Source of the DNA: Macrostomum lignano | Lineage: Eukaryota | Assembly: GCA_002269645.1 (NCBI GenBank) | Contig: NIVC01004016.1 | Coordinates: 291-64,290 of the forward strand | DNA: 64,000 nucleotides | Reading direction: 5' to 3' | Shown here: one piece after another, positions 13,901-28,900 of the stretch | How the letters are laid out: the number at the start of each line of letters is the position of its first letter | Numbering within the stretch: position 1 is the first letter of the stretch | Notes under the pieces: generated by a model | What the model was told of the DNA's origin: nothing | The model's database searches: none | Seen by the model: only the letters and a program-made list of their open reading frames with translations | Position numbers and translations under genes: made by a program

Positions 13901-16900
13901 TCTACGGCGCTAAAAGGAATGCCTGCGGCGCTAAAATGAGTATCTACGGCGCTAAAAGGAATGCCTGCGGCGCTAAAATGAGTATCTACGGCGCTAAAAG
14001 GAATGCCTGCGGCGCTAAAATGAGTATCTACGGCGCTAAAAGGAATGCCTGCGGCGCTAAAATGAGTATCTACGGCGCTAAAAGGAATGCCTGCGGCGCT
14101 AAAATGAGTATCTACGGCGCTAAAAGGAATGCCTGCGGCGCTAAAATGAGTATCTACGGCGCTAAAAGGAATGCCTGCGGCGCTAAAATGAGTATCTACG
14201 GCGCTAAAAGGAATGCCTGCGGCGCTAAAATGAGTATCTACGGCGCTAAAAGGAATGCCTGCGGCGCTAAAATGAGTATCTACGGCGCTAAAAGGAATGC
14301 CTGCGGCGCTAAAATGAGTATCTACGGCGCTAAAAGGAATGCCTGCGGCGCTAAAATGAGTATCTACGGCGCTAAAAGGAATGCCTGCGGCGCTAAAATG
14401 AGTATCTACGGCGCTAAAAGGAATGCCTGCGGCGCTAAAATGAGTATCTACGGCGCTAAAAGGAATGCCTGCGGCGCTAAAATGAGTATCTACGGCGCTA
14501 AAAGGAATGCCTGCGGCGCTAAAATGAGTATCTACGGCGCTAAAAGGAATGCCTGCGGCGCTAAAATGAGTATCTACGGCGCTAAAAGGAATGCCTGCGG
14601 CGCTAAAATGAGTATCTACGGCGCTAAAAGGAATGCCTGCGGCGCTAAAATGAGTATCTACGGCGCTAAAAGGAATGCCTGCGGCGCTAAAATGAGTATC
14701 TACGGCGCTAAAAGGAATGCCTGCGGCGCTAAAATGAGTATCTACGGCGCTAAAAGGAATGCCTGCGGCGCTAAAATGAGTATCTACGGCGCTAAAAGGA
14801 ATGCCTGCGGCGCTAAAATGAGTATCTACGGCGCTAAAAGGAATGCCTGCGGCGCTAAAATGAGTATCTACGGCGCTAAAAGGAATGCCTGCGGCGCTAA
14901 AATGAGTATCTACGGCGCTAAAAGGAATGCCTGCGGCGCTAAAATGAGTATCTACGGCGCTAAAAGGAATGCCTGCGGCGCTAAAATGAGTATCTACGGC
15001 GCTAAAAGGAATGCCTGCGGCGCTAAAATGAGTATCTACGGCGCTAAAAGGAATGCCTGCGGCGCTAAAATGAGTATCTACGGCGCTAAAAGGAATGCCT
15101 GCGGCGCTAAAATGAGTATCTACGGCGCTAAAAGGAATGCCTGCGGCGCTAAAATGAGTATCTACGGCGCTAAAAGGAATGCCTGCGGCGCTAAAATGAG
15201 TATCTACGGCGCTAAAAGGAATGCCTGCGGCGCTAAAATGAGTATCTACGGCGCTAAAAGGAATGCCTGCGGCGCTAAAATGAGTATCTACGGCGCTAAA
15301 AGGAATGCCTGCGGCGCTAAAATGAGTATCTACGGCGCTAAAAGGAATGCCTGCGGCGCTAAAATGAGTATCTACGGCGCTAAAAGGAATGCCTGCGGCG
15401 CTAAAATGAGTATCTACGGCGCTAAAAGGAATGCCTGCGGCGCTAAAATGAGTATCTACGGCGCTAAAAGGAATGCCTGCGGCGCTAAAATGAGTATCTA
15501 CGGCGCTAAAAGGAATGCCTGCGGCGCTAAAATGAGTATCTACGGCGCTAAAAGGAATGCCTGCGGCGCTAAAATGAGTATCTACGGCGCTAAAAGGAAT
15601 GCCTGCGGCGCTAAAATGAGTATCTACGGCGCTAAAAGGAATGCCTGCGGCGCTAAAATGAGTATCTACGGCGCTAAAAGGAATGCCTGCGGCGCTAAAA
15701 TGAGTATCTACGGCGCTAAAAGGAATGCCTGCGGCGCTAAAATGAGTATCTACGGCGCTAAAAGGAATGCCTGCGGCGCTAAAATGAGTATCTACGGCGC
15801 TAAAAGGAATGCCTGCGGCGCTAAAATGAGTATCTACGGCGCTAAAAGGAATGCCTGCGGCGCTAAAATGAGTATCTACGGCGCTAAAAGGAATGCCTGC
15901 GGCGCTAAAATGAGTATCTACGGCGCTAAAAGGAATGCCTGCGGCGCTAAAATGAGTATCTACGGCGCTAAAAGGAATGCCTGCGGCGCTAAAATGAGTA
16001 TCTACGGCGCTAAAAGGAATGCCTGCGGCGCTAAAATGAGTATCTACGGCGCTAAAAGGAATGCCTGCGGCGCTAAAATGAGTATCTACGGCGCTAAAAG
16101 GAATGCCTGCGGCGCTAAAATGAGTATCTACGGCGCTAAAAGGAATGCCTGCGGCGCTAAAATGAGTATCTACGGCGCTAAAAGGAATGCCTGCGGCGCT
16201 AAAATGAGTATCTACGGCGCTAAAAGGAATGCCTGCGGCGCTAAAATGAGTATCTACGGCGCTAAAAGGAATGCCTGCGGCGCTAAAATGAGTATCTACG
16301 GCGCTAAAAGGAATGCCTGCGGCGCTAAAATGAGTATCTACGGCGCTAAAAGGAATGCCTGCGGCGCTAAAATGAGTATCTACGGCGCTAAAAGGAATGC
16401 CTGCGGCGCTAAAATGAGTATCTACGGCGCTAAAAGGAATGCCTGCGGCGCTAAAATGAGTATCTACGGCGCTAAAAGGAATGCCTGCGGCGCTAAAATG
16501 AGTATCTACGGCGCTAAAAGGAATGCCTGCGGCGCTAAAATGAGTATCTACGGCGCTAAAAGGAATGCCTGCGGCGCTAAAATGAGTATCTACGGCGCTA
16601 AAAGGAATGCCTGCGGCGCTAAAATGAGTATCTACGGCGCTAAAAGGAATGCCTGCGGCGCTAAAATGAGTATCTACGGCGCTAAAAGGAATGCCTGCGG
16701 CGCTAAAATGAGTATCTACGGCGCTAAAAGGAATGCCTGCGGCGCTAAAATGAGTATCTACGGCGCTAAAAGGAATGCCTGCGGCGCTAAAATGAGTATC
16801 TACGGCGCTAAAAGGAATGCCTGCGGCGCTAAAATGAGTATCTACGGCGCTAAAAGGAATGCCTGCGGCGCTAAAATGAGTATCTACGGCGCTAAAAGGA

Positions 16901-19900
16901 ATGCCTGCGGCGCTAAAATGAGTATCTACGGCGCTAAAAGGAATGCCTGCGGCGCTAAAATGAGTATCTACGGCGCTAAAAGGAATGCCTGCGGCGCTAA
17001 AATGAGTATCTACGGCGCTAAAAGGAATGCCTGCGGCGCTAAAATGAGTATCTACGGCGCTAAAAGGAATGCCTGCGGCGCTAAAATGAGTATCTACGGC
17101 GCTAAAAGGAATGCCTGCGGCGCTAAAATGAGTATCTACGGCGCTAAAAGGAATGCCTGCGGCGCTAAAATGAGTATCTACGGCGCTAAAAGGAATGCCT
17201 GCGGCGCTAAAATGAGTATCTACGGCGCTAAAAGGAATGCCTGCGGCGCTAAAATGAGTATCTACGGCGCTAAAAGGAATGCCTGCGGCGCTAAAATGAG
17301 TATCTACGGCGCTAAAAGGAATGCCTGCGGCGCTAAAATGAGTATCTACGGCGCTAAAAGGAATGCCTGCGGCGCTAAAATGAGTATCTACGGCGCTAAA
17401 AGGAATGCCTGCGGCGCTAAAATGAGTATCTACGGCGCTAAAAGGAATGCCTGCGGCGCTAAAATGAGTATCTACGGCGCTAAAAGGAATGCCTGCGGCG
17501 CTAAAATGAGTATCTACGGCGCTAAAAGGAATGCCTGCGGCGCTAAAATGAGTATCTACGGCGCTAAAAGGAATGCCTGCGGCGCTAAAATGAGTATCTA
17601 CGGCGCTAAAAGGAATGCCTGCGGCGCTAAAATGAGTATCTACGGCGCTAAAAGGAATGCCTGCGGCGCTAAAATGAGTATCTACGGCGCTAAAAGGAAT
17701 GCCTGCGGCGCTAAAATGAGTATCTACGGCGCTAAAAGGAATGCCTGCGGCGCTAAAATGAGTATCTACGGCGCTAAAAGGAATGCCTGCGGCGCTAAAA
17801 TGAGTATCTACGGCGCTAAAAGGAATGCCTGCGGCGCTAAAATGAGTATCTACGGCGCTAAAAGGAATGCCTGCGGCGCTAAAATGAGTATCTACGGCGC
17901 TAAAAGGAATGCCTGCGGCGCTAAAATGAGTATCTACGGCGCTAAAAGGAATGCCTGCGGCGCTAAAATGAGTATCTACGGCGCTAAAAGGAATGCCTGC
18001 GGCGCTAAAATGAGTATCTACGGCGCTAAAAGGAATGCCTGCGGCGCTAAAATGAGTATCTACGGCGCTAAAAGGAATGCCTGCGGCGCTAAAATGAGTA
18101 TCTACGGCGCTAAAAGGAATGCCTGCGGCGCTAAAATGAGTATCTACGGCGCTAAAAGGAATGCCTGCGGCGCTAAAATGAGTATCTACGGCGCTAAAAG
18201 GAATGCCTGCGGCGCTAAAATGAGTATCTACGGCGCTAAAAGGAATGCCTGCGGCGCTAAAATGAGTATCTACGGCGCTAAAAGGAATGCCTGCGGCGCT
18301 AAAATGAGTATCTACGGCGCTAAAAGGAATGCCTGCGGCGCTAAAATGAGTATCTACGGCGCTAAAAGGAATGCCTGCGGCGCTAAAATGAGTATCTACG
18401 GCGCTAAAAGGAATGCCTGCGGCGCTAAAATGAGTATCTACGGCGCTAAAAGGAATGCCTGCGGCGCTAAAATGAGTATCTACGGCGCTAAAAGGAATGC
18501 CTGCGGCGCTAAAATGAGTATCTACGGCGCTAAAAGGAATGCCTGCGGCGCTAAAATGAGTATCTACGGCGCTAAAAGGAATGCCTGCGGCGCTAAAATG
18601 AGTATCTACGGCGCTAAAAGGAATGCCTGCGGCGCTAAAATGAGTATCTACGGCGCTAAAAGGAATGCCTGCGGCGCTAAAATGAGTATCTACGGCGCTA
18701 AAAGGAATGCCTGCGGCGCTAAAATGAGTATCTACGGCGCTAAAAGGAATGCCTGCGGCGCTAAAATGAGTATCTACGGCGCTAAAAGGAATGCCTGCGG
18801 CGCTAAAATGAGTATCTACGGCGCTAAAAGGAATGCCTGCGGCGCTAAAATGAGTATCTACGGCGCTAAAAGGAATGCCTGCGGCGCTAAAATGAGTATC
18901 TACGGCGCTAAAAGGAATGCCTGCGGCGCTAAAATGAGTATCTACGGCGCTAAAAGGAATGCCTGCGGCGCTAAAATGAGTATCTACGGCGCTAAAAGGA
19001 ATGCCTGCGGCGCTAAAATGAGTATCTACGGCGCTAAAAGGAATGCCTGCGGCGCTAAAATGAGTATCTACGGCGCTAAAAGGAATGCCTGCGGCGCTAA
19101 AATGAGTATCTACGGCGCTAAAAGGAATGCCTGCGGCGCTAAAATGAGTATCTACGGCGCTAAAAGGAATGCCTGCGGCGCTAAAATGAGTATCTACGGC
19201 GCTAAAAGGAATGCCTGCGGCGCTAAAATGAGTATCTACGGCGCTAAAAGGAATGCCTGCGGCGCTAAAATGAGTATCTACGGCGCTAAAAGGAATGCCT
19301 GCGGCGCTAAAATGAGTATCTACGGCGCTAAAAGGAATGCCTGCGGCGCTAAAATGAGTATCTACGGCGCTAAAAGGAATGCCTGCGGCGCTAAAATGAG
19401 TATCTACGGCGCTAAAAGGAATGCCTGCGGCGCTAAAATGAGTATCTACGGCGCTAAAAGGAATGCCTGCGGCGCTAAAATGAGTATCTACGGCGCTAAA
19501 AGGAATGCCTGCGGCGCTAAAATGAGTATCTACGGCGCTAAAAGGAATGCCTGCGGCGCTAAAATGAGTATCTACGGCGCTAAAAGGAATGCCTGCGGCG
19601 CTAAAATGAGTATCTACGGCGCTAAAAGGAATGCCTGCGGCGCTAAAATGAGTATCTACGGCGCTAAAAGGAATGCCTGCGGCGCTAAAATGAGTATCTA
19701 CGGCGCTAAAAGGAATGCCTGCGGCGCTAAAATGAGTATCTACGGCGCTAAAAGGAATGCCTGCGGCGCTAAAATGAGTATCTACGGCGCTAAAAGGAAT
19801 GCCTGCGGCGCTAAAATGAGTATCTACGGCGCTAAAAGGAATGCCTGCGGCGCTAAAATGAGTATCTACGGCGCTAAAAGGAATGCCTGCGGCGCTAAAA

Positions 19901-22900
19901 TGAGTATCTACGGCGCTAAAAGGAATGCCTGCGGCGCTAAAATGAGTATCTACGGCGCTAAAAGGAATGCCTGCGGCGCTAAAATGAGTATCTACGGCGC
20001 TAAAAGGAATGCCTGCGGCGCTAAAATGAGTATCTACGGCGCTAAAAGGAATGCCTGCGGCGCTAAAATGAGTATCTACGGCGCTAAAAGGAATGCCTGC
20101 GGCGCTAAAATGAGTATCTACGGCGCTAAAAGGAATGCCTGCGGCGCTAAAATGAGTATCTACGGCGCTAAAAGGAATGCCTGCGGCGCTAAAATGAGTA
20201 TCTACGGCGCTAAAAGGAATGCCTGCGGCGCTAAAATGAGTATCTACGGCGCTAAAAGGAATGCCTGCGGCGCTAAAATGAGTATCTACGGCGCTAAAAG
20301 GAATGCCTGCGGCGCTAAAATGAGTATCTACGGCGCTAAAAGGAATGCCTGCGGCGCTAAAATGAGTATCTACGGCGCTAAAAGGAATGCCTGCGGCGCT
20401 AAAATGAGTATCTACGGCGCTAAAAGGAATGCCTGCGGCGCTAAAATGAGTATCTACGGCGCTAAAAGGAATGCCTGCGGCGCTAAAATGAGTATCTACG
20501 GCGCTAAAAGGAATGCCTGCGGCGCTAAAATGAGTATCTACGGCGCTAAAAGGAATGCCTGCGGCGCTAAAATGAGTATCTACGGCGCTAAAAGGAATGC
20601 CTGCGGCGCTAAAATGAGTATCTACGGCGCTAAAAGGAATGCCTGCGGCGCTAAAATGAGTATCTACGGCGCTAAAAGGAATGCCTGCGGCGCTAAAATG
20701 AGTATCTACGGCGCTAAAAGGAATGCCTGCGGCGCTAAAATGAGTATCTACGGCGCTAAAAGGAATGCCTGCGGCGCTAAAATGAGTATCTACGGCGCTA
20801 AAAGGAATGCCTGCGGCGCTAAAAGGAATGCCTGCGGCGCTAAAATGAGTATCTACGGCGCTAAAAGGAATGCCTGCGGCGCTAAAATGAGTATCTACGG
20901 CGCTAAAAGGAATGCCTGCGGCGCTAAAATGAGTATCTACGGCGCTAAAAGGAATGCCTGCGGCGCTAAAATGAGTATCTACGGCGCTAAAAGGAATGCC
21001 TGCGGCGCTAAAATGAGTATCTACGGCGCTAAAAGGAATGCCTGCGGCGCTAAAATGAGTATCTACGGCGCTAAAAGGAATGCCTGCGGCGCTAAAATGA
21101 GTATCTACGGCGCTAAAAGGAATGCCTGCGGCGCTAAAATGAGTATCTACGGCGCTAAAAGGAATGCCTGCGGCGCTAAAATGAGTATCTACGGCGCTAA
21201 AAGGAATGCCTGCGGCGCTAAAATGAGTATCTACGGCGCTAAAAGGAATGCCTGCGGCGCTAAAATGAGTATCTACGGCGCTAAAAGGAATGCCTGCGGC
21301 GCTAAAATGAGTATCTACGGCGCTAAAAGGAATGCCTGCGGCGCTAAAATGAGTATCTACGGCGCTAAAAGGAATGCCTGCGGCGCTAAAATGAGTATCT
21401 ACGGCGCTAAAAGGAATGCCTGCGGCGCTAAAATGAGTATCTACGGCGCTAAAAGGAATGCCTGCGGCGCTAAAATGAGTATCTACGGCGCTAAAAGGAA
21501 TGCCTGCGGCGCTAAAATGAGTATCTACGGCGCTAAAAGGAATGCCTGCGGCGCTAAAATGAGTATCTACGGCGCTAAAAGGAATGCCTGCGGCGCTAAA
21601 ATGAGTATCTACGGCGCTAAAAGGAATGCCTGCGGCGCTAAAATGAGTATCTACGGCGCTAAAAGGAATGCCTGCGGCGCTAAAATGAGTATCTACGGCG
21701 CTAAAAGGAATGCCTGCGGCGCTAAAATGAGTATCTACGGCGCTAAAAGGAATGCCTGCGGCGCTAAAATGAGTATCTACGGCGCTAAAAGGAATGCCTG
21801 CGGCGCTAAAATGAGTATCTACGGCGCTAAAAGGAATGCCTGCGGCGCTAAAATGAGTATCTACGGCGCTAAAAGGAATGCCTGCGGCGCTAAAATGAGT
21901 ATCTACGGCGCTAAAAGGAATGCCTGCGGCGCTAAAATGAGTATCTACGGCGCTAAAAGGAATGCCTGCGGCGCTAAAATGAGTATCTACGGCGCTAAAA
22001 GGAATGCCTGCGGCGCTAAAATGAGTATCTACGGCGCTAAAAGGAATGCCTGCGGCGCTAAAATGAGTATCTACGGCGCTAAAAGGAATGCCTGCGGCGC
22101 TAAAATGAGTATCTACGGCGCTAAAAGGAATGCCTGCGGCGCTAAAATGAGTATCTACGGCGCTAAAAGGAATGCCTGCGGCGCTAAAATGAGTATCTAC
22201 GGCGCTAAAAGGAATGCCTGCGGCGCTAAAATGAGTATCTACGGCGCTAAAAGGAATGCCTGCGGCGCTAAAATGAGTATCTACGGCGCTAAAAGGAATG
22301 CCTGCGGCGCTAAAATGAGTATCTACGGCGCTAAAAGGAATGCCTGCGGCGCTAAAATGAGTATCTACGGCGCTAAAAGGAATGCCTGCGGCGCTAAAAT
22401 GAGTATCTACGGCGCTAAAAGGAATGCCTGCGGCGCTAAAATGAGTATCTACGGCGCTAAAAGGAATGCCTGCGGCGCTAAAATGAGTATCTACGGCGCT
22501 AAAAGGAATGCCTGCGGCGCTAAAATGAGTATCTACGGCGCTAAAAGGAATGCCTGCGGCGCTAAAATGAGTATCTACGGCGCTAAAAGGAATGCCTGCG
22601 GCGCTAAAATGAGTATCTACGGCGCTAAAAGGAATGCCTGCGGCGCTAAAATGAGTATCTACGGCGCTAAAAGGAATGCCTGCGGCGCTAAAATGAGTAT
22701 CTACGGCGCTAAAAGGAATGCCTGCGGCGCTAAAATGAGTATCTACGGCGCTAAAAGGAATGCCTGCGGCGCTAAAATGAGTATCTACGGCGCTAAAAGG
22801 AATGCCTGCGGCGCTAAAATGAGTATCTACGGCGCTAAAAGGAATGCCTGCGGCGCTAAAATGAGTATCTACGGCGCTAAAAGGAATGCCTGCGGCGCTA

Positions 22901-25900
22901 AAATGAGTATCTACGGCGCTAAAAGGAATGCCTGCGGCGCTAAAATGAGTATCTACGGCGCTAAAAGGAATGCCTGCGGCGCTAAAATGAGTATCTACGG
23001 CGCTAAAAGGAATGCCTGCGGCGCTAAAATGAGTATCTACGGCGCTAAAAGGAATGCCTGCGGCGCTAAAATGAGTATCTACGGCGCTAAAAGGAATGCC
23101 TGCGGCGCTAAAATGAGTATCTACGGCGCTAAAAGGAATGCCTGCGGCGCTAAAATGAGTATCTACGGCGCTAAAAGGAATGCCTGCGGCGCTAAAATGA
23201 GTATCTACGGCGCTAAAAGGAATGCCTGCGGCGCTAAAATGAGTATCTACGGCGCTAAAAGGAATGCCTGCGGCGCTAAAATGAGTATCTACGGCGCTAA
23301 AAGGAATGCCTGCGGCGCTAAAATGAGTATCTACGGCGCTAAAAGGAATGCCTGCGGCGCTAAAATGAGTATCTACGGCGCTAAAAGGAATGCCTGCGGC
23401 GCTAAAATGAGTATCTACGGCGCTAAAAGGAATGCCTGCGGCGCTAAAATGAGTATCTACGGCGCTAAAAGGAATGCCTGCGGCGCTAAAATGAGTATCT
23501 ACGGCGCTAAAAGGAATGCCTGCGGCGCTAAAATGAGTATCTACGGCGCTAAAAGGAATGCCTGCGGCGCTAAAATGAGTATCTACGGCGCTAAAAGGAA
23601 TGCCTGCGGCGCTAAAATGAGTATCTACGGCGCTAAAAGGAATGCCTGCGGCGCTAAAATGAGTATCTACGGCGCTAAAAGGAATGCCTGCGGCGCTAAA
23701 ATGAGTATCTACGGCGCTAAAAGGAATGCCTGCGGCGCTAAAATGAGTATCTACGGCGCTAAAAGGAATGCCTGCGGCGCTAAAATGAGTATCTACGGCG
23801 CTAAAAGGAATGCCTGCGGCGCTAAAATGAGTATCTACGGCGCTAAAAGGAATGCCTGCGGCGCTAAAATGAGTATCTACGGCGCTAAAAGGAATGCCTG
23901 CGGCGCTAAAATGAGTATCTACGGCGCTAAAAGGAATGCCTGCGGCGCTAAAATGAGTATCTACGGCGCTAAAAGGAATGCCTGCGGCGCTAAAATGAGT
24001 ATCTACGGCGCTAAAAGGAATGCCTGCGGCGCTAAAATGAGTATCTACGGCGCTAAAAGGAATGCCTGCGGCGCTAAAATGAGTATCTACGGCGCTAAAA
24101 GGAATGCCTGCGGCGCTAAAATGAGTATCTACGGCGCTAAAAGGAATGCCTGCGGCGCTAAAATGAGTATCTACGGCGCTAAAAGGAATGCCTGCGGCGC
24201 TAAAATGAGTATCTACGGCGCTAAAAGGAATGCCTGCGGCGCTAAAATGAGTATCTACGGCGCTAAAAGGAATGCCTGCGGCGCTAAAATGAGTATCTAC
24301 GGCGCTAAAAGGAATGCCTGCGGCGCTAAAATGAGTATCTACGGCGCTAAAAGGAATGCCTGCGGCGCTAAAATGAGTATCTACGGCGCTAAAAGGAATG
24401 CCTGCGGCGCTAAAATGAGTATCTACGGCGCTAAAAGGAATGCCTGCGGCGCTAAAATGAGTATCTACGGCGCTAAAAGGAATGCCTGCGGCGCTAAAAT
24501 GAGTATCTACGGCGCTAAAAGGAATGCCTGCGGCGCTAAAATGAGTATCTACGGCGCTAAAAGGAATGCCTGCGGCGCTAAAATGAGTATCTACGGCGCT
24601 AAAAGGAATGCCTGCGGCGCTAAAATGAGTATCTACGGCGCTAAAAGGAATGCCTGCGGCGCTAAAATGAGTATCTACGGCGCTAAAAGGAATGCCTGCG
24701 GCGCTAAAATGAGTATCTACGGCGCTAAAAGGAATGCCTGCGGCGCTAAAATGAGTATCTACGGCGCTAAAAGGAATGCCTGCGGCGCTAAAATGAGTAT
24801 CTACGGCGCTAAAAGGAATGCCTGCGGCGCTAAAATGAGTATCTACGGCGCTAAAAGGAATGCCTGCGGCGCTAAAATGAGTATCTACGGCGCTAAAAGG
24901 AATGCCTGCGGCGCTAAAATGAGTATCTACGGCGCTAAAAGGAATGCCTGCGGCGCTAAAATGAGTATCTACGGCGCTAAAAGGAATGCCTGCGGCGCTA
25001 AAATGAGTATCTACGGCGCTAAAAGGAATGCCTGCGGCGCTAAAATGAGTATCTACGGCGCTAAAAGGAATGCCTGCGGCGCTAAAATGAGTATCTACGG
25101 CGCTAAAAGGAATGCCTGCGGCGCTAAAATGAGTATCTACGGCGCTAAAAGGAATGCCTGCGGCGCTAAAATGAGTATCTACGGCGCTAAAAGGAATGCC
25201 TGCGGCGCTAAAATGAGTATCTACGGCGCTAAAAGGAATGCCTGCGGCGCTAAAATGAGTATCTACGGCGCTAAAAGGAATGCCTGCGGCGCTAAAATGA
25301 GTATCTACGGCGCTAAAAGGAACGGCGCTAAAAGCCTGCGGCGCTAAAATGAGTATCTACGGCGCTAAAAGGAATGCCTGCGGCGCTAAAATGAGTATCT
25401 ACGGCGCTAAAAGGAATGCCTGCGGCGCTAAAATGAGTATCTACGGCGCTAAAAGGAATGCCTGCGGCGCTAAAATGAGTATCTACGGCGCTAAAAGGAA
25501 TGCCTGCGGCGCTAAAATGAGTATCTACGGCGCTAAAAGGAATGCCTGCGGCGCTAAAATGAGTATCTACGGCGCTAAAAGGAATGCCTGCGGCGCTAAA
25601 ATGAGTATCTACGGCGCTAAAAGGAATGCCTGCGGCGCTAAAATGAGTATCTACGGCGCTAAAATGAGTATCTACGGCGCTAAAAGGAATGCCTGCGGCG
25701 CTAAAATGAGTATCTACGGCGCTAAAAGGAATGCCTGCGGCGCTAAAATGAGTATCTACGGCGCTAAAAGGAATGCCTGCGGCGCTAAAATGAGTATCTA
25801 CGGCGCTAAAAGGAATGCCTGCGGCGCTAAAATGAGTATCTACGGCGCTAAAAGGAATGCCTGCGGCGCTAAAATGAGTATCTACGGCGCTAAAAGGAAT

Positions 25901-28900
25901 GCCTGCGGCGCTAAAATGAGTATCTACGGCGCTAAAAGGAATGCCTGCGGCGCTAAAATGAGTATCTACGGCGCTAAAAGGAATGCCTGCGGCGCTAAAA
26001 TGAGTATCTACGGCGCTAAAAGGAATGCCTGCGGCGCTAAAATGAGTATCTACGGCGCTAAAAGGAATGCCTGCGGCGCTAAAATGAGTATCTACGGCGC
26101 TAAAAGGAATGCCTGCGGCGCTAAAATGAGTATCTACGGCGCTAAAAGGAATGCCTGCGGCGCTAAAATGAGTATCTACGGCGCTAAAAGGAATGCCTGC
26201 GGCGCTAAAATGAGTATCTACGGCGCTAAAAGGAATGCCTGCGGCGCTAAAATGAGTATCTACGGCGCTAAAAGGAATGCCTGCGGCGCTAAAATGAGTA
26301 TCTACGGCGCTAAAAGGAATGCCTGCGGCGCTAAAATGAGTATCTACGGCGCTAAAAGGAATGCCTGCGGCGCTAAAATGAGTATCTACGGCGCTAAAAG
26401 GAATGCCTGCGGCGCTAAAATGAGTATCTACGGCGCTAAAAGGAATGCCTGCGGCGCTAAAATGAGTATCTACGGCGCTAAAAGGAATGCCTGCGGCGCT
26501 AAAATGAGTATCTACGGCGCTAAAAGGAATGCCTGCGGCGCTAAAATGAGTATCTACGGCGCTAAAAGGAATGCCTGCGGCGCTAAAATGAGTATCTACG
26601 GCGCTAAAAGGAATGCCTGCGGCGCTAAAATGAGTATCTACGGCGCTAAAAGGAATGCCTGCGGCGCTAAAATGAGTATCTACGGCGCTAAAAGGAATGC
26701 CTGCGGCGCTAAAATGAGTATCTACGGCGCTAAAAGGAATGCCTGCGGCGCTAAAATGAGTATCTACGGCGCTAAAAGGAATGCCTGCGGCGCTAAAATG
26801 AGTATCTACGGCGCTAAAAGGAATGCCTGCGGCGCTAAAATGAGTATCTACGGCGCTAAAAGGAATGCCTGCGGCGCTAAAATGAGTATCTACGGCGCTA
26901 AAAGGAATGCCTGCGGCGCTAAAATGAGTATCTACGGCGCTAAAAGGAATGCCTGCGGCGCTAAAATGAGTATCTACGGCGCTAAAAGGAATGCCTGCGG
27001 CGCTAAAATGAGTATCTACGGCGCTAAAAGGAATGCCTGCGGCGCTAAAATGAGTATCTACGGCGCTAAAAGGAATGCCTGCGGCGCTAAAATGAGTATC
27101 TACGGCGCTAAAAGGAATGCCTGCGGCGCTAAAATGAGTATCTACGGCGCTAAAAGGAATGCCTGCGGCGCTAAAATGAGTATCTACGGCGCTAAAAGGA
27201 ATGCCTGCGGCGCTAAAATGAGTATCTACGGCGCTAAAAGGAATGCCTGCGGCGCTAAAATGAGTATCTACGGCGCTAAAAGGAATGCCTGCGGCGCTAA
27301 AATGAGTATCTACGGCGCTAAAAGGAATGCCTGCGGCGCTAAAATGAGTATCTACGGCGCTAAAAGGAATGCCTGCGGCGCTAAAATGAGTATCTACGGC
27401 GCTAAAAGGAATGCCTGCGGCGCTAAAATGAGTATCTACGGCGCTAAAAGGAATGCCTGCGGCGCTAAAATGAGTATCTACGGCGCTAAAAGGAATGCCT
27501 GCGGCGCTAAAATGAGTATCTACGGCGCTAAAAGGAATGCCTGCGGCGCTAAAATGAGTATCTACGGCGCTAAAAGGAATGCCTGCGGCGCTAAAATGAG
27601 TATCTACGGCGCTAAAAGGAATGCCTGCGGCGCTAAAATGAGTATCTACGGCGCTAAAAGGAATGCCTGCGGCGCTAAAATGAGTATCTACGGCGCTAAA
27701 AGGAATGCCTGCGGCGCTAAAATGAGTATCTACGGCGCTAAAAGGAATGCCTGCGGCGCTAAAATGAGTATCTACGGCGCTAAAAGGAATGCCTGCGGCG
27801 CTAAAATGAGTATCTACGGCGCTAAAAGGAATGCCTGCGGCGCTAAAATGAGTATCTACGGCGCTAAAAGGAATGCCTGCGGCGCTAAAATGAGTATCTA
27901 CGGCGCTAAAAGGAATGCCTGCGGCGCTAAAATGAGTATCTACGGCGCTAAAAGGAATGCCTGCGGCGCTAAAATGAGTATCTACGGCGCTAAAAGGAAT
28001 GCCTGCGGCGCTAAAATGAGTATCTACGGCGCTAAAAGGAATGCCTGCGGCGCTAAAATGAGTATCTACGGCGCTAAAAGGAATGCCTGCGGCGCTAAAA
28101 TGAGTATCTACGGCGCTAAAAGGAATGCCTGCGGCGCTAAAATGAGTATCTACGGCGCTAAAAGGAATGCCTGCGGCGCTAAAATGAGTATCTACGGCGC
28201 TAAAAGGAATGCCTGCGGCGCTAAAATGAGTATCTACGGCGCTAAAAGGAATGCCTGCGGCGCTAAAATGAGTATCTACGGCGCTAAAAGGAATGCCTGC
28301 GGCGCTAAAATGAGTATCTACGGCGCTAAAAGGAATGCCTGCGGCGCTAAAATGAGTATCTACGGCGCTAAAAGGAATGCCTGCGGCGCTAAAATGAGTA
28401 TCTACGGCGCTAAAAGGAATGCCTGCGGCGCTAAAATGAGTATCTACGGCGCTAAAAGGAATGCCTGCGGCGCTAAAATGAGTATCTACGGCGCTAAAAG
28501 GAATGCCTGCGGCGCTAAAATGAGTATCTACGGCGCTAAAAGGAATGCCTGCGGCGCTAAAATGAGTATCTACGGCGCTAAAAGGAATGCCTGCGGCGCT
28601 AAAATGAGTATCTACGGCGCTAAAAGGAATGCCTGCGGCGCTAAAATGAGTATCTACGGCGCTAAAAGGAATGCCTGCGGCGCTAAAATGAGTATCTACG
28701 GCGCTAAAAGGAATGCCTGCGGCGCTAAAATGAGTATCTACGGCGCTAAAAGGAATGCCTGCGGCGCTAAAATGAGTATCTACGGCGCTAAAAGGAATGC
28801 CTGCGGCGCTAAAATGAGTATCTACGGCGCTAAAAGGAATGCCTGCGGCGCTAAAATGAGTATCTACGGCGCTAAAAGGAATGCCTGCGGCGCTAAAATG